Origin: Bigelowiella natans CCMP2755
Lineage: Eukaryota > Protista > Cercozoa
DNA: 64,000 nt
NCBI GenBank assembly: GCA_000320545.1
Contig: ADNK01003372.1
Coordinates: forward strand, 38,887 to 102,886
Direction of reading: 5' to 3'
Positions within the stretch are counted from its first letter, which is position 1. The number at the start of each line of letters is the position of its first letter. Shown here piece after piece: positions 14,646-28,347 of the stretch. The notes below the pieces were generated by a model that worked only from the letters and a program-made list of their open reading frames with translations, was not told the origin of the DNA and did no database searches. The translations under genes were made by a program, and so were the position numbers.

Positions 14646-16286
14646 TTATACTACCTTGTGCTTCTTAGATTTTGCTAATCGCGCCTCTCTGCGCTCCTGA
14701 GTTTCTCTCCAGAAGCTTGCATGATAAGGACAAAACGAATACACGCACGGGCCCGACCTATTTTTCAATAGTATATATGAGTTGCAACAGGTTCCAGTAG
14801 CTAGCTAATTTTGCGTGTTCGAGTATAAAGGCAAACCTTGTTTCTTCATAGTTTAAGTGGCATCGTCTTCTCAATCCGCATGTCAGATGGAATTTGTTGG
14901 TACACCCATCGTGACTGCATTCAAGGCAAGCGCCTTGTGGAATCTGTTTGTTTCAAGGGAGAGATATTATAATAGTAAAATGGGTGCGAACATGTGTCTT
15001 AATTTCTATCGAGAAGACCTTGCAAATAGAGCACATATTCATCCAACGTCGTTGGTTAACTTGGAAAGTATCGATTGCTTCCATCCCCATTCCGTTTCTG
15101 AAGTAAACTTCCGGTACCCACATGGCACTTGAAGAAGAATGGATCAGGTGGATTTGCTTGCAAGAAGAAATGCAAATTTGGAAAAAGCACCACGACTACT
15201 ACTACTACTACTGCTATTGCTATTGCTTATTACAACCATGCGAGATGAGCCCATTTTCCATCAGTTGTCCTTTTCATCATCCCAGTCTTCATAGGACAGA
15301 GCACACAACGCTCGTCTTTGGCCCCCATTCTTTTTAAGGACCAAAGAAGAATCAAAACTAATCACTAATTTAAAGCCTAAAACACAATACCTGCATTTCT
15401 CGCAGATCCATTCTCCTTCTGGAATTTTTTCGCTTAATGGGTAACCATAACCTTTGCACAGAGTAAGCTAATGTTACATCAATGTTAATTTTAGTATTAC
15501 TGAGGGTTATCGTGTACAAGAGGCATGAACTCCGTAGTTGCAGCTTTCGCAATAAACGATGGGGTCCTCCTCGTCGCTTCGGCTCTGTGTTAATAAATTT
15601 AGAAGTTTAGCATTGTGTACTTCTGGGAGTAAAAGCCTACGCATGTCTGTCTGTCGTGTGCTTGTTTGTGTGTGCTTGCGTGCGCGCGTACGTATGTGCG
15701 TACGTATGTGCGTGCGTATGTGCGCATGTGCGTATATGCGTATGTACATATGTGCGTGCGTGTCCGAATTTAAAATTGTGAGAGACCTCAAGGCAGACTG
15801 AACAATTTCCTTTGTTCTTATTTGTGATGTAGTCCATATCGTCTCCGGCGGAAAGTGGTTGAGCTGTCAATGCGCCATTCTCTCAGTGTTCTCCATTTGT
15901 GTGTGAAATCTTTATTGTCTAAAGTATTGTTTTACACTAAAGATATACCAGCTTTTCTTTTTTTCCCTTTCGGTCTGCAGCAGCCTTTCTCATCGTGATA
16001 GACATCTAAGGCCGGATTTTCAGAGAGGGTACTTTGCAAATATCAAAACATGGGGAAACAAACAAAGGGAGAAGAATTTTGCTTAAATTTTTGGGCCGAA
16101 ATGAAGACTTTTGAATTATTACCTGTGCTTTTCCCACGAGACTACTTTCGATGCATTTACGTCATCACCATTCCAGGAAACCTTATATTCAACCTCTCCG
16201 TCCTTCGTGATGCGGTGCTCCAAAATTAAGGGTGGCGATGCTTTCTGAGGTGTTGATGCTTTTGGCTTCGCGTTTTGGACTTCCAT
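14646..16286 (-). CDS. Chromodomain-like + PZP (PHD-Zn knuckle-ePHD) chromatin reader, JADE/BRPF/AF10/Nto1-like PHDs
   Basis: Exon 1: MEVQ..ILEHRITKDGEVEYKVSWNG..SWE. PHD: CSVCLE-SRSDEEDPIVYCESCNYGVHASC-YG..IPEGEWICEKC. Knuckle: LCPMKTGMMKRTTDGKWAHLA. ePHD: CKWVPEVYF..GACLECSHDGCTNKFHLTCG..FCPYH. Confidence 0.85.
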
Positions 16287-16430
16287 GGTAACAAAGGAAG
16301 GCAGGTATGAATGGCGAGTTGGATGTGGATATGAGGGTTTGGGATGTCTCTGTTTCGTTTTCCAGAAGTTGCAACTCCTTTCCCGCGGTTTTCCTCGAGA
16401 GTCTCGTGAGATTATTAAATGGATGCCATA

Positions 16431-16480
16431 TCCAGAGAGTTTCCAGAGATTAGAATCCAGAGAGTTTCCAGAGATTAGAG
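16431..16480. repeat. 24-bp tandem duplication in the short head-to-head promoter of the PZP gene and TRAPPC13
   Basis: TCCAGAGAGTTTCCAGAGATTAGA occurs twice. Confidence 0.8.
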
Positions 16481-16551
16481 CTCACAGACGAGCTTACGAC
16501 AGAGCGGGAGCAAGGGCATACAATTACGGTTGCAAGCACACGTGTTCGAAG

Positions 16552-17571
16552 ATGTCCTCTTCTCAAGAAGTTGCGCAAGATGCTGGGCCATCATCAAGTG
16601 CAACTTTCAACACCAGAATGCTTCCTAACGCTTCAAGGTCAACATCAATTAATGGAGTGCAAAAAATCCTCATTTAACTTTCGTCTTGCTTCGTCATTTT
16701 TGGAGCAGTTCATCATCATATTCTTCGGAGCTATTCAATCTCAAAGTAATGAGGTTTCCTCAACCATTCCTCAAAACCGGTTCCTGTGTCGTAAGCTCGG
16801 GTGTTGAAGAGGACTCTCCACAGATGGTGAGATAACTTTTTAAATTCTTCGAGTAAATCTCTGCATTTTCCCAAGAAATAATTGCGCTGATGATCAAAAT
16901 CATACATCGATCAGGCGCTACATAAGCCTGGGAACACGTACCTTGACAATGGCGCCCTTTCAAATGCTCTCCGTTTGGTTGCTGAGAGAAAAAAAGTCTA
17001 CTTGGTATCATCGTCCTAGCTCAATGATGATAATGATGATGCAAATACTATAATGATGATCATTTTCATTTAGCTTTAGCAGTGAGTACTAGTATCTTTG
17101 ATATGTATTATCACTCTTTTATTTCAGGGAGAAGATTTTTGGTTGTGCGATAATAAATATCCCGGATAGTACTCCGTTGTGCGATAATAAATATCAAATA
17201 CTCCAACTACTACTACTACTACTACTACTACTACCAATAATAATTCACACAATCCTGCATCATATACAACAACATTATATGTATTCCTTCTAGGGAGAAA
17301 ATTCTAGGATGTGCGTGATAATATCCCATAATTCTGATCGCGCTGGTAAGTACTCATACCAACTAATTATAAATCATAGTGAAGGAAGGTCAGTTCTGAT
17401 ATCACAGAATAATGCGTAGCGCTGCTGCTACTTTGATCCTGATTCGCATGCTAAATGTATTTTCATACGCTGCTGCATATATATCTTAAAAGTAGTACTG
17501 ATAATCCATCAAGAAATTAATATATTATGTGAAAAGAGGATTATTCAATGTACGTAGACATACGTGATCAT

Positions 17572-17609
<38 letters not shown>

Positions 17610-18840
17610 GTACTCACTTTCGTCGCGCAATTGCCTGGTTTATAATATCATGACCAGTATCGAGCGTGGGAGTCAGAATTGAAGTTCAAACGCAGAAATC
17701 GAGGCAAATACTTGTTGATACCATCAAAAGCCCCCAAAATCTCAAGGTCTTGATATTCTGCTGCTACAAATCATGGAATTGTTCAGAAACGTCAAGTTGA
17801 CGATGCATGTTGACGATACTTATTGTTACCATGACCATGCATGTTGACGATACTTATTGTTACCATGTTATGCTGTAAATGATCGTCATCGTCGTCGTCT
17901 TTTCTTCTTCATTAATTTGATTCTATTCTATTCGGGTGATTGGTTTAATAGTTTTATAATATCACTCTCATCGTGATGATCATGATCACACTACGTGCAC
18001 ACAGGCTGGGCAAACCATGGACTATATGTTGGATTTCAAGCTTACAGACGCTGGAGAAAATGCCCTTGTGTGTTGCGTGTTTTACAGAGACGAAGACAAC
18101 CAAGTTAAGAACTTCCAAAAGTTTTTTCGATTCGCCGTTGATGGTAATAATAATTGTTAGCAAAGAGATAGCAGCAGCAGACACTTATGAAAATAATCAA
18201 AATGAAAATTAACACAACTACTGATTTGAATGTTGTATATGTTTGTCAATCTTCAATATCCACCTAAGTCCAGGGCCTTCCCCCCTCATTATTATTAATG
18301 CAAGAATTGAATTCAATTGAAATGAGTCGGACTGTTTATTGATTTATTTAGAGCCGTTCCGAGTGGATACGAAACTGAGCACTGGCAGTGATAACAGCAC
18401 GACGATTGCAAGACTTGCTATTACAAACCTTGCTGATGTATGGAGTAGTAGCAGCAGCAGTAGTAGTCGTAGAAATTATCTCGACGATAAATAATCATGA
18501 CAACGACGACAATCAATCATCATGAAGAGCCACCTTCTCATTTTTATTCTTGATTTTGATACCTTTTTATACTTGATTTTGATACTTTGAATAATGGGGA
18601 AAGTCGAGCAAAAATGTGATCATCTTTCGATATGATCAATCATAGCTACATGATGTGATGCGACCATACGCTGGTTGGCATTGGTTGTTTTTCATAGTCA
18701 TCACCATCATTATCATTATCATTGAAATAATCATTATTATTTTATTTGTTGTTACTACTTACTGTGTTGTTGTAATCACTCACTAAATTTAGGATCCAAT
18801 CTTCATCGAAGCGCTTAAATTCCGTACTACGATTTGTCTA

Positions 18841-18878
<38 letters not shown>

Positions 18879-18938
18879 ATGTGTGTGTGTGTGCGTGTAC
18901 AATTAGAGACATAAGTGATGGAAGTGGTAGTGGTGGTA

Positions 18939-18969
<31 letters not shown>

Positions 18970-20930
18970 TATTGACATGTTACACTACTATTTAAGCATC
19001 ATCATAGTTGTCGAGACGATCAAGCATCATAGTTGTCGAGACGATCAATGAACAAACACAGTAGTAGTAGTGTGATATTATTTTATTTTTATGATGACGA
19101 TGATGATGATGAATACAGGAGAGATATTGATAAACTACCACTATGTACAGATGATGAGCTGCAACACTAACAACACAGTAGGCTGCTACTACTATACGAC
19201 GTCAATAATACGTAAATATCTTGATGAGTACTAATAAAAGATAATGTAGAAGCTGTACTCATCATCATCACCACATATGAATACCAGACAATTGTTCTTA
19301 CTTATTAGGCCATAGAGAGAATATAGCGGTTGAGGATCTCAATCATCATATTTTCGAAGACAAAGACGACGACAAGTCGGGGGGGAGGGGGAATTCCAAA
19401 GAGATTAAAGTTTACCACGATGATGTTCCCACCTCCCCCAATACTATCACTTGTTCCTTTTCCTCTTCATCATCATCAACCCAGCTACTCAATACCAATG
19501 TCAGTAAGTAAATAAATAATATTATATAAAGCTGTGAAATCATTTTGTCTTGTTCTTTCAAGATAAACATCATGATTGATATCATCATCATATTAATATC
19601 ATCATTATGAAGCTACTGCTACTGCTGCAGTAATAGTAATAGTGCTACTGCTACTACTTACTATTACATACCAACATGCTACTATCGCCAAAGCTCCTAC
19701 TCCACCAAAGGCAGTAGTAGCACCACCAGCAGCAGTAGTATTCTTTTTGAGGTTTTATAATGAGTCGTGATTGTGTGATTACAATGGACTAATAAAGGCT
19801 GTAAGTTGCTTTGCTTTCAAGTTAACGAAGAATCCGAAGATGATTAACACCAATATAGGTAGGTAGGTAGGTAGATGGTGGTGTTCAGATAAAGCGGAAG
19901 GATCCATTCATCCATCCATCCAATGCTAATGCTGATTGCGCTATTTAATAGTTGACCATGCGTACGACTAGTTTCTGTTTGGTGCTCACAAGTAAAGAAG
20001 AAGAAGAAAAAGAAGAAATTATGATGATGATTATCATGATGTGGTTGATGATCATGATGGAACGATCTTGTTCATGGAATGGCAACTATCGTCAAGCAAA
20101 TTCGGCTGAGCTTGGGTGTGTGGAGATTCGCTGGAGACGCTCCGGGTTTCTGTTATACTTGTTATCATTAATGATTTCTTGCATACATTCGTTAGTAGCG
20201 TACTACCTACTACTATAACTACTACTAATACGACTACTAGTAGTAGTAGTAGTAGTTATTATTATGAACTGATGCTGTTGATGCTGCTACTACTACTACT
20301 TACTATGAGTGTGGTGTATCCATTATCATCATCATCGTCGTCATCATCATCATCATCATCATCATCATTATCATCATCCTCTCTTGTTGTATGGACTTCC
20401 TACTGCTACTACTACCACTACTACTACTACTACTACCACCTGTAGGCATGTGGGGGTCTTGAAGACGAAAGCGTTAGTAAATCCTCATCGGTCAAATGAA
20501 AATGCGAGATGTACATTGTCCATCGTGGAAGCTCCTGACAAGTGAGTAACCACTGTAGTAGTGTACTGCCCTGCATTTGACTAAATGCAACCGAAGAGTA
20601 CCTGCTACCTACTAAGAACAGTATTGATCATCGATTACTAGTAGTGCTAATTTTAGTGGTAGTACACCATGAAAGGGGGGGAGGGGGGGGAGAATATTTT
20701 GCATGGCGATTTACCACACACACACACACGCACACACACACACACACGTAACGGACAAGATGATGGTGATTGTATTCGTCGTGTGTAAGCATTATTGCGA
20801 TAGGATAACACGAACCGATGATGACGCCTGTTTTGCCCTTGCCATCATATTTATGATGTTGATGATGTATATTGTTATCTCTTTCTTATTGCATGTTGTC
20901 GATATGTCATCATAATTATCATCATCATCG

Positions 20931-20963
<33 letters not shown>

Positions 20964-21806
20964 CAGGGTCTTGATAGAGAGGGTGTTCCACACGACTGTG
21001 GAGATAGAGAGTAAGAGTGCGAGGCCTCTTCACTTGCGCCTTTCAATTCCAAGGTGGTAGTATAAGTAGTATTGGATCTATCTTTCATGTACGATGAATA
21101 ATGGGATGATGATGATGGTGATGATGATACTGCTGCACTCTGATCGTCACCATCATCATCATCATCATCATCAGCCACAAGCACTTATCCATCGTTCCAG
21201 CTGGAGTTTCTAACTATTCATGTGGAGTTCTAAAGATGAATGAGGTCAGAAGAAGAAGAAGAAGAAGAAGAAGAAGAAGACCTGTATGTCGTCTCAACAG
21301 CAATGATGATTATGAGGAGGAGGAGGAGGAGCATGGTCAGATGATATGTATATTCTTAATAAATATATGATGCATGCAGAAACGGAGGGTGAAAGTGGCT
21401 CTGCTTCCATTGGCTCTTGGGATTCAAAAGATATCGGGATTTAAGCTTAGATGCCCAGAAATTGGCTTCACTGCAGGTATCTTCTTTCTTACATTCATGA
21501 TCATCCTTAATCATGAGAGGGGGGGTTGATGCAGCAACAATATAGCGACAATGTTTGATTCATCATTTTATAAAAAGTACAGCGCTCGCACACACATTAC
21601 TAGCTAATGATTTTTGTTCAGCAGTGCAGTGATAATGCTATATCAATGGATACGGCGTTGTTGTTATCCTCCTCCTCCTCCTCCTCTACCTTCCCAACAA
21701 TCTAAGTTTGAGGAGCAATAAAAGATACTGACATTGATATGTATGTGTTATTGCAGATTTCGATGATTTGCATCAGTGTTGCGTAATGAAGACTTCGACG
21801 GATTAG
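16552..21806 (+). CDS. TRAPPC13: Trafficking protein particle complex subunit 13 (DUF974), about 15 exons; start uncertain
   Basis: Exons give LTLQ-VMRFPQP, VYL-GENSRMCVIISHNSD, VGVRIEVQTQKSRQIL, MDYMLDFKLTDAGENALVCCVFYRD..KNFQK, PFRVDTK, ELGCVEIRWRRS, VALLPLALGIQKISGFKL. These are collinear with TRAPPC13. TAG at 21804-21806. Confidence 0.8.
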
Positions 21807-22079
21807 ATGAAGAAGAATGCACTAAACAACAGCTACAGTGTGTGAAAATATCTCTATCTAGCTAGCTGCTTCAGCATTCATAAAGAATTTCTGCCGGTTG
21901 TTATCTGCAAACCTTATGCGATTATCATATGCAGATAACGACCGAAAAAAACAATAGTACTACATCTCTGACCGAAGATTATAATCATGATGCAAAAAAC
22001 TACGATGGGAGGGCCACTGAATTACTACATCATGCCCGCATCGTTGCGTCGCCATGTAACAATGGTGTAAATTTACACG

Positions 22080-23260
22080 AATGATCAAATGTGCAACAGA
22101 TGATAGACTGACATGCATGATCTTCCGGGCGTTCACGTTGAGTCGCTCATGTGCAGCGCCAGTCAGCACGCACTCGCAAAATCTTCGCGAATGATGCTAG
22201 AATGCAAGAAACTTCCACTGCTGGCTGTATGATTCCAGAATTTCCTGGCACAGTTCCTTTGATGGGTTCCGCCGAGACCCAATTCACCAATGCGTATGCG
22301 CACACACAGCATGCTATGCATGAAAAATCCCAAACAAGTGTGTCAAGTGCTGGCAATTTGCATGAAGAACACTCAAATTAGCTCTGAGCTTCACTGCTCT
22401 AACACTGCTGTGGACCACCACAGCAATCACAGACTCAACTAGTCAAGTAGTAAATGTCTGCAATGCGTGTGTCCACAGACTCATTGATGTCTTTGACAAC
22501 GCACTTCACTAGATCATGCAAGCCACGCTAGCACGCGCTACGCACACGATTCTGGGACCATCGATTGGCCACGTTGCAAAGACGTTCGTGCCTCCTAGCA
22601 AACCTCATCAATCAACCAAAAGATGATGATGCAGCACACGCACAGCACACAGCATACTAGCATGCATGCGCGTGCATGTGCGAAATGGCGTGCACTGGTG
22701 CACTTTGGCACTCTAGCACTCTCTAGCTCTGCACGTCCTGCATGGAAGAATGCAGGCTAGCAGGTAGCAGGCTAGCAGGTGAGACGCCTGCTGCCAGCAG
22801 CCCAGTCAGCTAGTTGACTAGCTGTGCGCTGATGCACGCACGCGCCGATCGAATCGAACGCAGGCGGTGGCAAACACAACTCTCAAGGGAGCAGAGTGTT
22901 TCCATGCAGGCATGATCATCATGCAATCAACAAAGCTAGAAAGGCCGCCACCATGCCAACTTGATCACGTTTCCACAGATCTAGAGATCTAGATGCACGC
23001 GGCTGCGCTGCGCTGAGAAGTTGAAGTCGCCTACAGCGGCCCATGGCTGCGTCTGACGCACATTTTCATCACAATGTGCAACATGCATGCGAAAGAAGAT
23101 GACAGATTCGAGAACTTTCAAGACCAACGATCGATCTCATGCACGCCTCACTTGATCATGCTTGCTGCCAACCAGCGGTGCGTTTTCATCATTTCCTTGT
23201 GCTGTCAATTTTGTCCATTTCTTCTCAATGACAAGCATGAATGGCAGCATTGGGTCTAGA
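22080..23260. mobile_element. TpA-erased, CTAG-rich island 3
   Basis: About 15 CTAG in 22439-23260 and only a handful of other TA. Graded depletion over 22080-22460. Confidence 0.65.
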
Positions 23261-23271
23261 GGTGGGGCTCA

Positions 23272-23815
23272 TTAGATGTCATTAAACTTCATGAGCACCC
23301 CGGCAGAACCTAATTGGTGATGATAGAACACAATTGCAAATCACCATGAGCATTGAACAACAACGATTTGGAAACGATCACTATGAATAGGATGTGATTT
23401 GATGTTAGTCTTGCATCACGAACAACCACCACCTAATATGAAGCCCCTTTTGTCGTCATAAAACTTAATCTTGTAAAAGTTGGCAGGTTGGTTATCGCCG
23501 CTAGAATCTGCAAATGAGGATGATGAATGTCAGATTGTGTCAATAAGTGTTGCTAATGTTCAAAGGAGGAGTCGATCGTTAATAACAAAGCAGTAGCAGT
23601 AGTAGCAGTAGTAGTAGTAGTAGCATCGAAGGAAGCAGCAGCAGCGCATCCATCAACAGTTTTAACAACAGCACCAGTGCTAAAAACTACCTGCCGTCCA
23701 CGTCTTCCCGTTATTACGGGATAAGAAGATCTTTCCTACAGAGATGTAGATCGGTATATGTCGATTTTGTAGAAGAAGAGGAATGAATGAAATGAATGCA
23801 AGAAATTCACAAGGA

Positions 23816-23849
<34 letters not shown>

Positions 23850-24108
23850 TCATTATTTATCTGTGTGGATAGAATCATTTAAGACAGAACAATGCTGGTG
23901 ATTGATTGAGATGCTACGTACTTATTACTACTTATAGTATTTAGGCAGCAGCAGCAACAACAGCAGCATCGAGAGCACCCAGTAAAGTATGAGTAGTGGT
24001 GTTGTTGAAAGGGCTGCTGCTAGCTGGTATTTACTACCTCCTCCTCCTACGCACCAAAGATCACCGTTTTCTCTTCGCGTCACATCCTGATTTATATACG
24101 AATAGAAT

Positions 24109-24141
<33 letters not shown>

Positions 24142-25088
24142 TAGTCGTAGCTGCTGCTTGTGCTGCTGCTGCTGATGATGATGATGATGGATTTGCTAAG
24201 GAAGTTAGGATAACGACAACGACATCATCGCCCAATTATCATCATTACAGCATCATCATATCATCGTCATCATGATCAACAACAACAACAACAACACCAT
24301 CCAAGAAATAAAGCAACCAAGATTCCATATCCCCCTGAATTGATGCTTGTCTCGTAGAAATCGATCTAGGAGATAATATATAGGATGGAGGATACATGAC
24401 AAGAAGATGTACAATAGTAATGAGAGACCGACATTATCAATAATCAATAGAATGTAGACCAAGCGTAAGAACAATACTTTGTGTTCTTCCTCTTCTTTTG
24501 CATGGTTGTAATGTTACATAAATGCTGCTGCTTACTAGGTAACATAACACTAACTAAACAACCTCTGGTTCATCAAGATTTGCATCACCCTTTACGAATG
24601 ATACTCCCCCAGCCTAAAGGAGGAGGAAGAAGAAGAGTAGCATGATAATATATGATAAGAGCACGATGTAGTAGTACTTGTAGTAGTAGTAGCATCAGCA
24701 GTATTGCTTGATTCAATAAGTGGGATGGATGTATTACTTCTACTACAACAACAACAACTACTACTACTACTATTACCTAGTATTATATTAGTTATGCAGT
24801 CGTATTGATTACCCTTGTCGTCATCCACATACTATTAGTCAAGTCATCTCCAACAACTCCCATCGTCACGATTCGTCGGATAGTTCTCCTAAGAAAAGAG
24901 ATCAGTTATATTAATATTTAATTACAATACCAACCAACGACGTATCACATAAATACAAATGCAACTGTATGTATGTGTATATGTATGTGTATGTGTATGT
25001 GTCTATACTGTTGGTGATATTATTGCTGTTCTCTGCGACTACTACTTACTCCCTGCTATTTACTAGCTTCTTCTCTGTGCTTTAACAT

Positions 25089-25123
<35 letters not shown>

Positions 25124-25258
25124 AGCAGCACTCGCCCCACCTGTTGTGAGGCATCCATGCATCCGATCCAGGCTTAAATGTCAGGTAGAAGTTTCCTCTA
25201 GCATTAACACCGATGTATTGACCCATGTTGTCTCTCACAACAGAGTTGATGCTGATTA

Positions 25259-25296
<38 letters not shown>

Positions 25297-26242
25297 CTCA
25301 ACCAATCAATTCTTTCACTGAATCAGAAAAAAAGAATGCTAATGATGATAACGGAGTGGTTTGATGGATGATAAGAAGAAGAAGAAAAAGAATAGAAGCA
25401 GACAGTAGCAAATGATAAAACTACTAGTTGTAGTAAGTACCTTCCGGAGTAGTAAGAGGCTCCGCTCACGCCAGAGGAAGACACACGGTTCAAAGTCGCA
25501 TCAATAGTTTCAAGGACTTGTGCTTTCCAATTCTTCCCAGCATTCACAGTACGATAAATCCCTCCAGCGTTGGTGATAGTCTCAGCCTGTTGTACACAAT
25601 AATAACAATAATCATAATAATGGTAATAATAATAATAAGAAGAAGAATAAGAATAATATAGCACTTGTTCTTCTATCACCACACAAAATACCTGTCCATC
25701 TCCAAGAGCTGTAACCCCTAAGAAATCACCAGGAAGTTGCGAAGAAAAAGGAATGCGTTCCCAGCTTTTCCCTGTTGTTTGTTATTATTATCAATGGGAG
25801 GAGGAGGAGGAGGAGGATGGAACTACCAATTGGTATAATAATAGATATGCTCATCATATACCATGCTGACGACGACGATGATGAAGATGATGACAACAAG
25901 AATAATAACAACTACAACCATCAGCACTTCAATTTCTAATCTGGATGATGATGATTATGATGTAATAAATTGCTAGATTGCTTCGCACATGCAATTATTA
26001 CCTCCATCAGTAGAATGAACCATAATCGCAGGTTTGCCTACTGCCCATCTAAATAAATAACATCATCAGCGAGGAGGAGGAGGAGGAGGGGGGTTTGAGA
26101 AAGACGATACTAAGGCCTTTGGTAGTACCCTTCGTTATCCTTGAATGATACCGACTCCCAACGATACTTGATCTCATCATCTCCGATCTAATATTATAAT
26201 TAACATAGTTGATGATAATAAATAATGATAATAGCAACAATA

Positions 26243-26282
<40 letters not shown>

Positions 26283-28347
26283 ACATAAATACAAACCCGG
26301 TGGGAATACCTCCCACTCCCCACATACTACTATTATTTCCACTCACTCATCTCATATCATCGATGACGAGGAAGAGGGAAAAATACAACATCACAGAGAC
26401 CACATTTTTTCACTGTTTTATTATCATGGTTATCAGCATTTTAGCTGTATTTAGCCCTCCTCCCCCCCCCCCCCTCCGCCCTACAATCATTATCACAGGC
26501 AATGTAGGGTCAGTTGTTGTGCAGAAACAGCATCGACTAGAATCTGCATAAGTAACTAACTAACCGCATTCGAAAGATCAGCATTGCTCCATGTTTTCCC
26601 TCCATCGTTGGTCCTCAAGAAGGTTCCCTAACAAAATAAATAAATAAATGAATAAATAATCGATGCATAAGAGGAGGGTTTGAAGAGTGTTCGATGATGA
26701 TCGATCATCGGAGGACGACGTGCGTCCTTCCAGCAGCAGCAGTAGCACCAGACAAAGATACAGATAGCATAGTATGTGACCAGTAGGAGGAGTAGTAGTT
26801 GTAGCAGTGTCAATAATTAGCAGTAGGGTTGAAAGAGGTAGCAGTGTCAATAACTACTAGTAGTAGTAATAGTAGTAGGAGTTGGAAGAGGAGGTGAGGG
26901 CAGAGCAGCAGCAGTAGTAGTAGCAGAGGCTATACGATTATTGCTACTCTATGATCATTATCGTCGTGAACAACAACATAATCATCATCATCATCATCAT
27001 CGCGATCTGAGTACTACTGATGCCAGTAGTAGTACCTGCGATCCCACCAAGTAGCCATTCTTATCATCAGTAAATTCAATGTCGAACAAAACGACGCTGC
27101 AGCAATAATCAAACAAGAAGCACAGATCATCAGCTGCTGTTGCTAGTACCAGTAGTAAAATTTTGAGAAGAGAATGTTAGTATGAATAGACGACAACGAC
27201 AGTGATAATGATGATTACGTGTCTGCGACAGGAAGATCCAATCGCTCCCAGGAAGCACTCTGATTACGTATGTTTTATGAAATAGTAGGTAATTATAAGT
27301 ATCAATAATGTCATTTATAATAAGAACGATAAATCAAACAAAACAGTTAATAATTATAAGTATCAAAAATGTCATTTACAATAACTCAAACACACACCCG
27401 CACTACCTACCTAAAGCCATGCACACACGTCACATGCAGCATAATCTGTGTGCTAGTAAACTATCACCTTCGCAGCTGCTGCATCCCTTGGACTTGAGAG
27501 AGAAATGGCTCCCTAATAGATGAGCGGGTGTGGTATATTTATACGTGAGTTGAGTTAAAACAGTTGAGAGAGACATAAGAGTACTCATCCATCACCCAAG
27601 CAAGCAGCAATTGTGTGAGAACGTAATGTATATAGTAAAAAACCATTCCAGCTGCAGCCATCCCGGTATTTTCCACGAATTTGCGACGTCCGACTACTTC
27701 TTGACTTTGAGCACCACGCGATGAAGCAAAAACTCTACTACCGAATCGTTGACATCTTCAGCGATCGGTCAACATATTCGGTCAACATATTCGTAAAAAA
27801 TCATGGTCAGTCTTTAATGAATAATATGATACATTCTTCATATTTCCACCCTTCGATCTCGTCTATATTGGTGTTCTTCCTCGTTGTATGAGGAAAAGGT
27901 TGCATAACATTCCTACCTTGATGATTGCTGGGGAACAAAGGAGGAGGAGGAGGAGGAGAAGGATGATGATGACATCCTTGTTGCAGGGGCAGCCGACCGC
28001 GCAAATGATGCTGCCGCTCCTAAGTCGTAGTCGGACATCCCAGTGGCATCTGATAGCGGGTGCGGCGTTGTAAACGAATAACGAAAACAAGGAAATCAAT
28101 GTTTGAAATAGTAAGTAGGTAGGTTTTAATGGAGGACCTAGATCGTCACAAGCAATTACATTTGATTATAGCAATATGAGGAATATATTATGCCAGAATG
28201 GGACAGTAATTGTTTTTGTTGTTGTTATCGGTATGCGGTGCTGCATCGTTGTATCAGGTGTATGTATGTGCTACCTCTTTGGAAGATGATGCACACGAGG
28301 GCAGCTGCCACAAGGGTGACAGAGAGCAAGAACGTTTTTGTATTCAT
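23272..28347 (-). CDS. HCF136: Photosystem II assembly factor HCF136/Ycf48 with tripartite presequence
   Basis: GGIYRTVNAGKNWKAQVLETIDATLNRVSSSGVSGASYYSG, GVNARGNFYLTFKPGSDAWMPHNR, NFYKIKFYDDKRGFILGSAGVLMKF. N-terminus: signal peptide MNTKTFLLSVTLVAAALVCIIF, a Ser-rich transit-like exon, then Tat motif GRRKF..AAA. Confidence 0.9.

Noticed and set aside
27430-27460. Short match ATAATCTG[TG/CA]TGCTAG with 61461 and with the reverse strand near 43930
   Set aside because: About 16-20 bp only, inside an HCF136 intron; may be chance.
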